The position numbers and the translations under genes are program-made. A stretch of 64,000 nucleotides of DNA, taken from positions 25,864,630-25,928,629 of the forward strand of contig NC_092397.1 of NCBI RefSeq assembly GCF_030028105.1, written 5' to 3'. Source of the DNA: Mobula birostris (lineage: Eukaryota). Positions 27,330 through 41,234 of the stretch are shown here, in pieces; the first letter of the stretch is position 1; each line of letters opens with the position of its first letter. The notes beneath the pieces are model-generated. The model was not told the origin of the DNA. It worked only from the letters and a program-made list of their open reading frames with translations, and searched no databases.

Positions 27330-27480
27330 AAATTGGCGGTTGTGGCAAAGTGAAGGTGGAGCTGGACGATGAGAGGCCGCTCTCGGCTCTGTCCGTCACT
27401 CTGACTCTGTCTCCTCCCCTCCCCGCCTCTGTCTCTCTGCGCGTTTCTCGGGCAGGTCGGGGCGCTGTGTATAAAAGGAG
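27330..27480 (+). promoter_or_regulatory. H4 promoter
   Basis: TATAAAA at 27470-27476, GC box within a CT-rich tract, TTGGCGG at 27333-27339. Confidence 0.75.
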
Positions 27481-27521
27481 ACAGCAGCAGGCAGTTTGTC
27501 AGTGAGCAGCGACCTGAGTGA

Positions 27522-27842
<321 letters not shown>

Positions 27843-27875
27843 AAAACTCCCACTTCCTCCCGAGCACAAAACAAA

Positions 27876-27916
27876 GGCTCTTCTAAGAGCCACCCACCGC
27901 CTCACAGACGGAGCTG
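27876..27916 (+). terminator. Histone stem-loop and HDE (H4)
   Basis: GGCTCTTCTAAGAGCC at 27876-27891, then ACCCA and purine-rich agacggag. Confidence 0.95.
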
Positions 27917-28243
27917 TATCCGCAACCTTTTAGATATTTTTTTATTTTATACTCAGCTAGGTTGCATTTGAAACAGATTGATCGATTCCGCATGGAACAT
28001 ACTTGAATTCTGCCTTTCCAGTCGGTGATTACCGCAAAACCTGCATTAGGATCGATCTTAAGCCTCATCAGTTTTGAACAGAAATCAGTTCACTCGTTTG
28101 GAGAACGATTCCGTAGTTGTGCATTTAAATCTTAACTGAGGAAATTATATATTAAATTTATTAAATCAACCTGAAATTGTATAATTCGTCATACAATTAA
28201 TTGTAAATAAAGTAATCAAGCACCGTTGCTGGGTGCTCTGAAA

Positions 28244-28446
28244 TTGGCGGGCGATTTGAAATTAATTCTGCGCCATTCACTCTGCATGAATGAAGTCCGA
28301 CCGCCCGGCAAATTTTTATTTGTGGTTAATTGTTATTCGCCGCCCGCCTACAGGAAATGAATCAACCAATCGTAGTAAGGAACCTTAATAAACACCTGGT
28401 TCAGCCAATCAGAGCTGAAGGGCGGATCCTTTCCAACAGTATAAAA
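28244..28446 (+). promoter_or_regulatory. H3 promoter
   Basis: CCAAT at 28366 and 28405, TATAAAA at 28440; TTGGCGG-N4-TTTGAA at 28244-28260. Confidence 0.8.
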
Positions 28447-28510
28447 CCCTGTCCCGGAGCGCGTTTTGTCTATCTTGTTCCTGTATTTCAGCCTGTGTTG
28501 TCGGTTCTGA

Positions 28511-28927
<417 letters not shown>

Positions 28928-28956
28928 ACCCGGCCTCCACACCCAGCACAAGAAAA

Positions 28957-28996
28957 GGCTCTTTTAAGAGCCACTACCACAGCAAAGGAAAGGGCT
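28957..28996 (+). terminator. Histone stem-loop and HDE (H3)
   Basis: GGCTCTTTTAAGAGCC at 28957-28972; downstream aaaggaaagggctg. Confidence 0.95.
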
Positions 28997-29759
28997 GTCG
29001 CTTGCTGATCTGTGTATTATCGTAGTGACGATCTGCCCTCCTGATGAGGTTGTTCGGTTTTTGCACTGATTGACCGCGATCATCAGCTGTTCTCTGCCGT
29101 CTGGTTGATTCAGCGAGGGACAGGAGATGAACGCGCTCCCTCCCCGTCAGGGTCTCACCTGGCCCTTCACTTCTCCCACTAACATGCCATGTACAGCTGC
29201 TGCGGCTGTTCTGTTTTGTTTGCTTTGGACATGCCCGGCTGTCCTTGGAGTGGGAGCATGCGGTCCCGATGGGTAGAGAGAGGGATTTCCGTGAGCGGTG
29301 ACCCCAGGCAGTAGTGCTTATGTGTGAATAAACTTATGTAGTTTTGTGGCTCATACCTGATTGAAGGTCAGCCTGCAAAGTCACCGGGTAGTTTATCATA
29401 CATCTTCCCCCTACAGTTCATCCCCAGAGACAGATCCCTCTCTCAAGACTCCCCCTCCCCTCTCACATAGGTTTCAGCAGTTCCCAATCAACTCAGCTGA
29501 ATCGGGCCTTGGGATGCGAGGCGCGGAATCTCAGTCACGCTGTCCTGGAGCGGGAGAAGGAACTGGGCCTGCAGACTACCCCACCGGTCTCACTCTCTCT
29601 CACACACACAGCCCGAGTGAAACGCAGTGTTTCACTTCAAATCTGGGACGCCACGGCCGCACTGAATGTCAGAGTGGTACCGGGAATATCGGGTTTTATG
29701 CGAGAAGTTACCCCGCAAAACTCAGACTGACCCACAGCGGGAATCACAATATTCACGAT

Positions 29760-29798
29760 CAGCTCTTTTCTGAGATGTGGGTGGCTCTGAGAAGAGCC
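29760..29798 (-). terminator. Histone stem-loop and HDE (H1)
   Basis: Minus-strand GGCTCTTCTCAGAGCC (29783-29798), then ACCCA and AAAAGAGCTG. Confidence 0.95.
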
Positions 29799-29834
29799 GT
29801 TGGGTTCAAACACTTACAAACGGTATATCTCAAT

Positions 29835-30485
29835 TCACTTTTTGACTGCTGTCTTCTTGGCCGCCTTCTTCTTCGGGGCTGCGAGTTTCTTGGGGCTCTT
29901 TGGCTTCGGCGCCGCTGGTTTCTTAGCTGCCGGTTTTTTAGCCGCTGGTTTCTTAGCAGCCGGTTTTTTAGCCGCTGGTTTCTTAGCTGCCGCCTTTTTA
30001 GCCGCTGGTTTCTTAGCTGCCGCCTTTTTAACCGCTGGTTTCTTCGCTGCCGCTTTCTTAGCCGCTGGGTTCTTGGCGCCAGATTTCTTGCTGGGAGATT
30101 TCTTGATGGCAGATTTCTTTACCGATGGCTTGTTCGCTTTCTTCACCGCTTTCACGGCACTTTTTCCTTGACCGGATTTAAAGGATCCCGAAAGACCTGC
30201 GCCCTTGGTCTGAACCAAGGAGCCGCTTTCCACTCTCTTCCTGATGCACATCCTGATCTGGGCGCGACGTTTCCCCACATCGACACCGCTGCTGGTCAGA
30301 GCCTTCATGATGGCCATAGCGGACATCCCCTTCCTATCGCGACAATCCGCCACAATCTTATCGATTTGTTCGCCCAGCTTGGGACCGGCTGGTTTGCTCC
30401 GGGCGGCCGCCTTCTTCTTGGGACTCTTCTTTGCGGCGGCGGGTGCGGCTGGAGGAGCCGTTTCGGCGGGTGCTGTCTCGGCCAT
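29835..30485 (-). CDS. H1: Linker histone H1 with divergent globular domain
   Basis: 216 aa; MAETAP N-terminus, winged helix ending LVQTKGAGLSGSFK, K/A/P-rich tail; stem-loop downstream. Confidence 0.96.
   Translation of the reverse strand: MAETAPAETAPPAAPAAAKKSPKKKAAARSKPAGPKLGEQIDKIVADCRDRKGMSAMAIMKALTSSGVDVGKRRAQIRMCIRKRVESGSLVQTKGAGLSGSFKSGQGKSAVKAVKKANKPSVKKSAIKKSPSKKSGAKNPAAKKAAAKKPAVKKAAAKKPAAKKAAAKKPAAKKPAAKKPAAKKPAAKKPAAPKPKSPKKLAAPKKKAAKKTAVKK
29905..30070 (-). repeat. 15-bp coding tandem repeat (KKPAA/KKAAA) in the H1 tail
   Basis: About 11 consecutive pentapeptides with an alternating 30-bp higher-order unit (gccgctggtttctta gctgccg..ttttta). Confidence 0.9.
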
Positions 30486-30554
30486 GTCGGCGACTCTGGA
30501 AAATCCTTCTCACAATCTGACTGAATGAGAACTAAAGCGAAAGGCGGCGGCACA

Positions 30555-30635
30555 GAGCAATTTAAAGGCAGCGAGCGGACGGGGCGGAGACATCCTCCTG
30601 TCAGTTCCCGGAGACTTCATTTTTCTGTGTTTCTC
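30555..30635 (-). promoter_or_regulatory. H1 promoter
   Basis: H1 AC-box AAACACA at 30626-30632 (minus), GC box CCGCCCC at about 30581-30587, TATA-like TTTAAAT at about 30560-30566. Confidence 0.75.
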
Positions 30636-31066
30636 TCTCTTCAAAATTTCTCCGATTCCAATTGAAATCGGACACTCCGGAGACTCGGACTGGTCCCTGC
30701 CCGTCACTGAGGCCCGAAAGTTCGCTGGAAAGAGAGTTTAATCGGGATTAAAGGCAGCACTTTCTATTTTAACCCGTTTCATTACTGCACTGCCCGCGAT
30801 CTCTCTCCATATTGTTGACCTGTTCTCTGGTTTTCGGCTGAAATTTTGAAACGAACTAAAACTTTGTGGTTAATTCCTGCTTCGGGACTGAGCTGGGGAG
30901 TGGGGCCATCCCGTAACAGAGAAATCTTTTCATTTTGTACAGGAGGCGCTGGGAAATCCGGCGATGTGTTCGGACCCACAAACACAGTGATACCCGTCTA
31001 AGCCGCCCGCCGCTTTAAAACACTCTCTGAATCAGCAAGTCAGGCAGCATCAATGGTGAGAATAAA

Positions 31067-31103
31067 CATCGACATTTCGGGTCGAGACCCTTCATCAGGA
31101 CTC
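31067..31103 (-). ncRNA. Minimal type I hammerhead ribozyme motif (PLE type), core intact
   Basis: Minus strand gagtc CTGATGA a GGGTctcgACCC GAAA tGTC gatg; lies between 19-bp inverted repeats at 31033-31051 and 31112-31130. Confidence 0.7.
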
Positions 31104-31299
31104 TGATGGGAGATGCTGCCTGACTTGCTGGGTTCCTCCAGCATTTTGTCCGCGTTGTCGCGATTCCCAGAATCTCTTGGCATTATACTGACACATTGTT
31201 CACCTCTGCACCTTCAGAGGCCTGTACTGCTGTCAGAATAAAACGACAGGTTCCTCGTCATATAACACGGTGATAAATCTAATTCTGATTCCAAGGATT

Positions 31300-34200
31300 A
31301 AAGGACAAAGGACATTGTCTGGCCAAACTCTCTGTGTAACTGAGAACCTCGGGTCCGGGAAACATCCTTGGAAATCTTTTCTACACTCTCCCCAGTTTAA
31401 CCCCGTTTCCTAGAACAGTGATAAGAGCTGCACACAATACGGCAAGTGTGGCCGCCAGTCACTTCCACAACTGTAACATAATGTCGCAACTGATATATTC
31501 TATCCCCTGACTAATGAACGCCAGCATGTGAAACCCCGTTCTTCACCACCCTGTCTACCAGTGACACAACTTTCAATGAACTGTGTGCACTTTACCGCTA
31601 AATCTCTCCGGCCCATTCCAGTCCCCAATGACCGATCATTCATAGTGTAAGTTCTACACTGGTTTGACTTTCCAATATGCACCGCCTCACACTTATCTGT
31701 ATTGAAATGCATTTGCCACACTTGGCCCTCTTCCCTAAATGAGCACGATCACCCTGTAATCAGCGACAACCTACCAAGTAAAGTTGAGGGAAGTTATTCC
31801 AACTCATTAATAAACCTTTTGTGCACTGGCATTGATCAGTGAAGGTGATTAGTATCAAAATCAAGTTCATTATCACGGACATATGTCATTAACTTTGTTG
31901 TTTTGCTACAGCAGTACAGAGCAATTTCTAAAAAAGTTAAAATAAGAAATAAATAATAAACAGTGTAAAAAGAGGATCAGGGAGGGGGTGTGAGTCCGAA
32001 GATGAGAATAGGAAACCTAAACCTTGTCCATTCTTGCCTCTTTTACTCTTCATATATCTGAAAATAAATCTTTTTGTATCTTGTTTCTATTATTGGCCAG
32101 TTACTTTCATAATTCATCTGACTTCTGCATCTTGCTATTTTAGTTGTGCTCTTTTCTTTTTTTAAGTTTCATTATCCTTTAGCTTCCCAGTAATTTTGGT
32201 GATATTCTTTGCCCTCTCATGTTCTTTTATGCTGCCTTTGTCTTCTGTTGTTAGCGATGGTTGCCTCATCCTCCCTTTCAAATACTGTTTCTGCTGAGGG
32301 ATGAACCGATCCTGTGTCTGCCAAATTTCTCCTGGAGACTGAAACTTTTCATACAAGGTAATCTGAGGAAGTTGAAATGCCCAACTGCTGTAAGCTTGTT
32401 CCCATTACCCCTCTGTGTGATTTACTAATATGTCTGCTGCACAATATCTGAGCGGATTGGGAGGCCGGCGGTATAATCCCATCAAAATCATCATTCATCA
32501 TTTTATTTAAAACCTATACTTACAAGACCTCATCAAAACCCCTCTTATTACTGCAACACACATCAAAGTTGCTGGTGAATGCAGCAGGCCAGGTAGCATC
32601 TCTAGGAAGAGGTACAGCAACCTTGATGTGTGTTGCTTGGATTTCCAGCATCTGCAGAATTCCTCATGTTTACCCTCTTATTACTGCAGTGTTGGTCTCC
32701 TTAATCAAAGATGCAACATCCCCAACTCGTAAGGTAGCTTTTAAATGTTTGCCCTTCACCTTAAACAATTACCCTGTAAATTTAGGCTTCCCTACCCTGA
32801 CACAAAGGACAGTCACCAGACGGCTCCTTACTCTCTCAGGAGAGAGAAAGAGAGTCCCAGTCTGTCCAAGTTTCTGCTGATAATTAAGGTCCTCCAGTGT
32901 CAGTAACATCCTCATCAAACTTCCCTCCACACTTTCCAGCTTCATGACATCCTTCCTGCAACTGGATGATCAGAACTGTGCAAAATACAGTGTGGTCTCA
33001 CTTTGACTTTTACAGTTGTCATACAGCATCCCAAATTCTCTACTCGGTTCCCTGATTAATGAACACAAATAGGCCAAACACCACCTTCACCATCCTGACT
33101 ACCTGTGTTGTCACTTTCAGTGAATGATGTTTCTGTATTTCATGGACCCTCTGTTCTGTAATACTTACTCTCCAAGGGACAAGAATTTACTGTGCAGATC
33201 CTTCCCTAGTTGAACCTCTCGTAATGCAACACCTCACACTTGTCCACGTCAATATCCTTCTGCCATTCTTTGGCCGACTTCCCCAGTTAATCTCGATCCC
33301 ATTGTACTCTCAAAGAATCTTCCCTGTCCACTCTACCACCAACATTGCTGTCATCCGCAAACTCACTAATCACATTAAGTACAATGTCAGAGAAATTGTT
33401 ACCATCGATGACAAATGACAGTATGAGCACCGATCCCTGTGACTGTCACTGGTCAGAGGCCTCCAACCTGAATAACAAGCTGCCATAACCACCCTCTGTC
33501 TCCTTCCACCAAGACAAGTATCTTGTCTGGCATCCCCTCTGCTCTAAATGTGTAATGCAAAAGAAATAAAGATTAAATCAAAATATATCTACCTACGGCC
33601 TACATCTCTCAGAAGAGACGAAACCTCAACTCCTCACTCCAATTCTGTCCCACTCATACAATGACCGCTCTGTTTAAATCTAACTTCTTTTTATTGGATC
33701 TTGCCACCTTCCAAATTACGGGCAATCGAAAGTTTCCTTGGGAATTGTGACATGCAAAATGTGCCAACTGCCCAGGTTCACTTCATCAAACTCCCTCTCC
33801 CTTTACATAATCTGATAACTGTGTGGGACTGTGGCACTCAAAACTGTGGACTACAGGAAACCATGCCTGCACTGTTCTACAAGGCCACAAATGATTTAAA
33901 AAAAACACTGTATAACAAACACTGGAATTCCCTAACTGAGATGAATAGGGAGACGGGGTAACTGAAAAGATTCAAACAGAAGGAAGGTAAATGTTTGTAA
34001 AATCAGGGAAGTAAGATTGACATACAAGGAAGGCTGATGGCAGATCAGCCTTTATATGGAATTGTGGGTGAGGGATTAAGAGAGGACACACTGGAGGGTT
34101 CATCCAGTGAGACAATGTGGATGGAGCTCAGGATAAGAGAGGTGCATTCACTGATGGGATTATACCACAGGCCTCCCAAATGCCAGCAGGAGATAAAGGA

Positions 34201-37200
34201 ACAGAAATGTAGCAGGTAATGAAAGATGTAAAAGCAACAGGGTAGTTGCAGTGGGTGATAAATTTCCCCAATGTTGACTGGGACTCCCTTAGAGTCAGGG
34301 GCTTAGATATCACCAAATATGTTAGAAGAATACTGGGATGTTACTTAACATAGAAGTGGATAGTCTAACCTGGGAAGGGGGTCAGAGAAAACATTGTATT
34401 GGGAAATGAGCCTGGCCATTGATAGAAGTTTCATTTTGGGAACGGTAAATAAGGACAAGACTGGACCCGGTGGTAATGTGGTCATTTGGGGTACAGTTAA
34501 TTGCAACTGTCTACATTGAACATGTAAATGATGTTTAAAAGCAATCGGGTCAGAATTCAGACAGAACTGTTTCTATGAGGAGGAAACACAAGGATGGTAA
34601 GGTCTGGCAGAGGGGCATAGTGAGAGATGTTATGAATTCAGACTGAAAGAAAATGAAGAATAAGGAATATTTCAGAAGTAGAAATTGGAGAAGGCCTCTG
34701 GCAACATGAAACAAGTAAGAGAGAAGTTAGAGAGAGAATCAGAAGTGTGAAACGGGAAGAAGAAATAACTTTGGTGAGAAGGGGCACTGCGGAGAGGGTA
34801 CGACAACACAAGCACAGAGGAGAGAGTTTATGTCTGAAGTGTGCGAGGGACTAAACCAGTACTTCTCATCAGTATTCATCAGTGTGGTCATGGAGGATAG
34901 TGAGATCAGAGAAGGGAATGCTGATATTCCAGGGCATGTTGTTCCTCAGGCAATAGAGACAAATTATAGACTGGTGAGACTTGGATAAATGCTCGGGAAA
35001 TTATTTGAGTATATTATTAGAGATAGGATCTCTAATAAAAGTTAGGAGGGTAAAAGGAGGATATCATGAGTCAGAAGGCAAAGTGAGCAAAATCCAAGAG
35101 ATTCTCTTGGTATATTCATAGGGCAAGGTAAGTTAGACACAGAATCGTTCTCCTTGGAGGTGAACATGGCCATCTGTGTGTGGAGGCAAATGAAATAGGA
35201 GAGGCTATCCACGAATATTTCTGACAGTTATTTCACCATTGCAAAAATTCTTTAAGGTTGTTAAATCTCCAGGGCCTTATCAGGTACATTCTCGTACTTT
35301 GTGGGAAGCTGGAGAATACACTGTGGAGGCCAGGGGAGAGATTATTTTGCTTCATCTCAGGCACCAGTTGAGGTTGCACATGATTGGACAGGGTGACTAA
35401 TGTGGAATTGATAGTTTTGAGGCCAAGACTGTGGATGATATGAAGAGACAGGCAGTGTTGAGGAAGCAGGGAGTCTGCAGTAGCATTTGACAGATTTAGA
35501 GAATGGACAAGGAAGTGCCAGATAAAATACAGCGTAAGGAAGTGTGTGGTCATGTACTCTGGTAGGAGGAATAACAGCCTAGGCTCTTTCTAATCAGGGA
35601 GAGAACAGAAATCAGTTGTGTGAAGGGTCTTAGTGTACGATTCCCTAAAGGTTAATGTACACATTGAGTTGGTAGTGAGGAAGGCAAATGTAATACTTGC
35701 ATGCATTTCAAGAGAACTAGAAAATAAAAACAAGGATCTAATGCTGAGGCTTTGGTCAGACCTTATTTGGAGTATCATGAGCAGGGTTGGGTAACTTTTC
35801 TAAGAAAGGACGTGCTGGCATTGCAGAGGCTGTAGTGGAAATTCACGAGAATGATCCCAGGACTGAAAGAGTTAGGATATAATAATCATTTGATAATCTG
35901 GGCCTGTACTCACTGGAGTCTAGAAGAATGAGGGAGAATCTTATAGAAACACATTGAATATTGAACGGCCTAGATAGCATTGATGTGAGAGGATGTTTCC
36001 AATAATGGAGGAATCTAGAACCAAACCACACCATCAATAAAAAGATGCCCCTCTAGAATAGAGATGAGTAATTTCTTTAGTCAGAAGGTGATGAATCAAT
36101 GGATTTCATTTCCACAGGCAGCCATAAAGGCAGTCAGTGGGTTTATTTAAAGCAGAGGTTAGTAGATTTTTAATTATTATTAAGGGTATCAAAGTTTATG
36201 GGTAGAAGGCAGGAGAATGGGGTTGAGAGGGATATATGATGGAATGGCAGAACAGACTGAATGGGCCAAAAGGCCTAATCCTGCTCCTGTGACTTCAGGA
36301 CTGATGGTTTATGCGGTGCCATTGTTCAAAAAGGGTAGTGGAAACTACAGGCCCATCAGTCTGTAATTTGTTGGAAGAGTTTCTGATGAACAGGATCCAC
36401 CAAAATTTGGTTTGATTCAAGACAGTCAGCACAGTTTTGTGCAAGGAAAATTATGTCTGGTAATTTCTTGCAGCCCTTTGAGGGGTTTCACAAGGACGTA
36501 GATGAGGTTAGGGCTGTGGATGTTGTCTATATGGACATTAGCCAGGCCTTTGACTATAGTCTGGAAGGTTAGATCTAGAAACTGGAATCTGGGGAGATGG
36601 TTGATCGATTCCATAATTGCCTCCGTGACAGGAGGCAGAGGCTGATGGTTGAGGGTTGTGTCTCAGACTGGAGCTGTCTGTCTAGTGGTGTGCCACTGGG
36701 TGACAGGACCTTTGTTGTTTGCAATTTATATAAATAATGTCCATGTGAATGTGTAATTCACTGAAAGTGACGTCTCAGCTAGATACGGTGGTGAAGATGG
36801 GGTTTGATCTGCTGGCTTTCATCATTCATGTCACTGAGTACAAGAGTTGGGAAGAAGTGTTGCAGATACACAAGTCTTCGGTGAGGACTGATTAAAGGAA
36901 ACCATGCTGACTTTGGCCTATTTTTTCATGTGTTGCCAAGTACCCGAAAATACATCCTTGACAATTGACTCCATCATCTTCCCAACCATTGAGATCAGAC
37001 TAGCTGGCCTATGATTTGCTTTCTTCTGCTTTCCTCTCTTCTTTAAGAGTGGATGACCTTTGCAATTTTCCTGTTCTGTGGAACCACACCAGAATCCAGA
37101 GATTATGGGAAGATTATTACTAAAACTGCCACAATCTCTTCAGCCACATCTTTCATAGAACTGGTGTAGATAATCTGGTCCAAGTGAATTCTCTACCTTC

Positions 37201-39346
37201 AGACCTTTCAGTTTCTCAAGGACCATCTCCCTAGTAAAGGCAAAATCACTCATTTCTGCCCCCTGATTCTCTTGAATTTCCAGCAGACTGCTAATATCGT
37301 CCCCAGTGAAGACTGATGCACAATACTTATTCAGTTTGTCTGCCATTTTCCTGTACCCCATTACTACCTCTCCAGTAACATCTTCCAATGAACCAATATC
37401 TACTTTTGCCTCTCTTTTACACTTTGTATATCTGAAGAAACTTTTGGTATCCTCTTTAATACCAGTGGCTAGCTTACCTTTGTATTCCAACTTTTCCCTC
37501 TCTTCATGACTTTTTTTGTTGGTTTTAAAAGTTGTAAATACTCTGAGAGTCAGGGACATCTCGGAGCAGATACAGAACAGGGGGATGGTGTTCATTCAGC
37601 CAGAGATGGTGATTCACATCGGTACCAATGGACAGGTAGAAAAGGGATGATGTCCCACAGGGAGTTAGGGAAGAAGTTATGGAGCAGAACCTGAAATGTT
37701 GTAATCTCCAGTTTACTCCTAGTGCCCTGTGGTGGTAGGGATACAAACAGAAAGTGAGAGCTGATGAATGTGTGGCTAAGGAGCTGATACAGGGACAGGG
37801 TTTCAGGATTACGGAACATTGGAACCTCTTCTGGTGTTGTGGTGACATTTACAAGAGGGATGGTTTGCAGTTTCACTGGAGGGCAGTCAGGATCATGAGG
37901 TTCATTGCTGCTCCCTATGAGGGTTGAAACGAGATTGACAGGGGGATGTGAAACAGAACACCAGTCACTGAACGGAGAGATTGAAGCTGAGTTAGATGCC
38001 AGGCACAGCAATATGTAACGATGGATTTTGAGGCAAATCCACATCTGACCTGGAGTTTGTTTAAAGACCAGTGCAGTGTTTCAGGGCCAGTTTTTTCCAG
38101 TAAGAGGGAGGGTCAAGGATGGCAAGGTTCAGGAACCTTGGATGATGAGACAGGAAGTTAATTTAATCAAGGAGGAGGAAGAAGCATAAGTAAGGCTTAG
38201 GAAGCTAGAATCAAACAGGGTGTTTGAGGACTATATTTAAAAAATAGGGGAACTCAAGAACATTCGGAGAGCTGGAAACACTGATGAAAAATCTCCGGCA
38301 AGTAGGATTGAAGATAATCCCATTGCATTCCATACATTCGTTGTGGTGAAAAGGAGACCAAGGGCTGCACTTTGGGAGATCCAACATCAAGGGTGTGTAC
38401 ACAGTTAATGGCAGGAACATTAACAGTATTGACAAAGAGAAGGATGTCGAAGTTCAGAGATATTGGCTCCCTAAAACTGGGAGCACAGGTTGACAGGGAG
38501 GTAAAGTTGGTGTATGGTATGTTTACCTTCATCAGGCAAGGCACTGAGTTCAAGCCCCAGGACATGATGTTACAGGTTTATAAAATGCTGGTTAGGCCAC
38601 ATTGAGAGTATCGTGTTCAGTTCTGATCACCTCAATATAGGAAGCATGTGGAGGGTTTGGAGCAGGATGTCTGGAGGAGGTGTGCGCTGAGGAGAGGCTC
38701 GACATGCTGAAACTTTTTGCTTCTGGAGTGGCGTCGGCTCAGGAGAGATTTGATAGATACCTGTGGAATTTTGTGGTCATGGTTGGTGTAGACAGCCAGT
38801 AATATTTTTCACAGAAGGCATGTATTTAAGCTCAGAGGAAGAAAGTGAAGACAACAGATTGATGGAGACATGGAATGCACTGCCAGGGGTGGTGGCAGAG
38901 GCAGAGAGCACAGGAGTATTTAAGGAAATCTTAGACAGTCACAAGAATATGTAGAGAAGGGCCAAAGGGCCACTCCTGTACTGTCCTTTGTTCTTTGAAC
39001 AGCAGATGGCCTCTGGGCATGGATCCGTGCAGGAGACTGGGATATTATATCCCCAACACAAAAATGGTTGTCGGAGGGGCAGGACCGGCAGCTCAGTTTC
39101 ACAGTACAAATGCTACAGGTACGATGGAGTGGAGGGGAGAGAAGAGAAGGCGGAGATGTGTTTGACCAGAGAGAACATCTCAGTGGTACTTAGAGAAGAC
39201 ATCCCTGGGGGTTGCCGCATCATGTATACTGGGACCGCCGCACTGCAAAAGGGTTGGTGGCGCAGAATTTATTCTGTGCGTCCAGTTTTATCAATCAGTA
39301 TTTAGAAGTTCCTACTAGAGACAGGACAGCACTGAACCTCCTTGTC
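31300..39346. mobile_element. Tract of old nested CR1 fragments on both strands
   Basis: WQMHFNTDKCE, LYHRPP, KSFFRYTKCKRE..KLKGLKVENSLGPD, ORF1 esterase piece at about 37545-37900, NQYLEVPTRDRTALNLLV ending at about 39346. Confidence 0.8.
32556..32672. mobile_element. Short PLE-derived insert with an internal inversion and 16-bp TSD
   Basis: CCCTCTTATTACTGCA at 32540-32555 and 32673-32688. Confidence 0.85.
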
Positions 39347-39376
39347 GATCCACCCACCCCCTCCCTTTTCTTCCTG

Positions 39377-39426
39377 GCACAAACAAAAGTCTGTATCAGA
39401 GCGACCCACCGCCTCACAGAGGGAGC
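39377..39426 (+). pseudogene. Orphan H4 3' end (decayed stem-loop and HDE), no CDS
   Basis: gcacaaacaaaagtctgtatcagagcgACCCACCGCCTCACAGAgggagc aligns to H4 27864-27914; 17-nt exact match. Confidence 0.75.
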
Positions 39427-39980
39427 CGCGTCTCGGGAGATCTGACCAAACTGACCCCGTCTTTGCAAATGTTCATTTATATTTCAGAGACCCAGGCGGA
39501 CGAGATTTTCAGTAAATACTGTCAGTTCCATATGGTAAATGTACTTTTGCAGATAAATGTAAAGCTGCAAATCAATATTGTTCTGTGAAGCGGTGGGAAT
39601 TGCTCATGAAGCGATCAGCGGAACGGTCCAGGGTCAACCCGCAATGTGAAACCCAGACAACGCGGTTTCAGGTCATGAAGACCAGAATCGTTCAATGATT
39701 GGAGATTAAATTCACCCTCCGGGGGCTGACTCTGAAAGTTCATTTCCCCACCCCGCAAGGGGAGAGAGCTCCATTCAGCCAGCAGAGAGGGGAAATGAGT
39801 CAGGGCGAAGCGGACCGCGTACTGTGCAGACTTATACCGGTTTAATTCGCGGAAGAAACACGACGGAAGGAGAGAAAACGTTACCAGGGATGCCTCCGAT
39901 CGGGGCCGTGTCAGATACACAGCCGAGTTACTACGAACGGCAATCACCCGCTGTTCAGCCCTTCCACAGACACTGTGAGT

Positions 39981-39996
39981 GGCTCTGAAAAGAGCC
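39981..39996 (-). terminator. Histone stem-loop (H2A)
   Basis: Minus-strand GGCTCTTTTCAGAGCC. Confidence 0.95.
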
Positions 39997-40026
39997 TTTG
40001 GATAAATAGGTCCAGCTTACGTCGCC

Positions 40027-40670
<644 letters not shown>

Positions 40671-41187
40671 TCATTGTTCAAATGTAATCTGAAATTAAAT
40701 CATTGCTGATCTGTTTGAGGACTGGGTCTTCGTATTTCCCCCTGTTACTGAAACCGGGCACATTTAATGTAAGTGTAGTTGATAATGGAGTGTCTGGGCA
40801 CTCAAATTTCTTTCAACTCGTAAAAGAACCGAGTAAATCTGACACTCAGCTTCTGCCCGGTGCCGGCCATTGTGTAAACGTTAGCAGGTTATGGACAAAC
40901 GGCTCTTCTCAAACTGTGACCAGCGGCTAGTCTGCAATTTTTTAAAAAAAAACTGTTGTATGAAAGAACCGTGAAGTCGTTCCGGCCTCGAATTAAAATG
41001 AGATTCAGAGAAGTTACCTAACTCCAACTAATAAACTCCTGAACCCACAGCTAAAACAGCAACGGGAGTGGGAGGAATGTTAAACACCAGGATTATAGGG
41101 GGAAGATGAAGCGGATATTCCAACCGCTCTTTAGCTCCTGTAAAGTCACCACGATGCCAGTACAACTCTCTCAGTGAAATCGTGAGT

Positions 41188-41203
41188 GGCTCTTAAAAGA
41201 GCC
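41188..41203 (-). terminator. Histone stem-loop (H2B copy 1)
   Basis: Minus-strand GGCTCTTTTAAGAGCC with downstream gagagagttg HDE. Confidence 0.95.
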
Positions 41204-41234
41204 GTTGTGTTTTCGATCATCTCACTGGGGAGCT

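Noticed and set aside
29040-29075. CTGATGAG downstream of H3 as a hammerhead
   Set aside because: No stem II or GAAA follows.
29361-30524. 387-aa plus-strand ORF
   Set aside because: It is the antisense shadow of the repetitive H1 CDS, with a TTG start and no recognisable domain.
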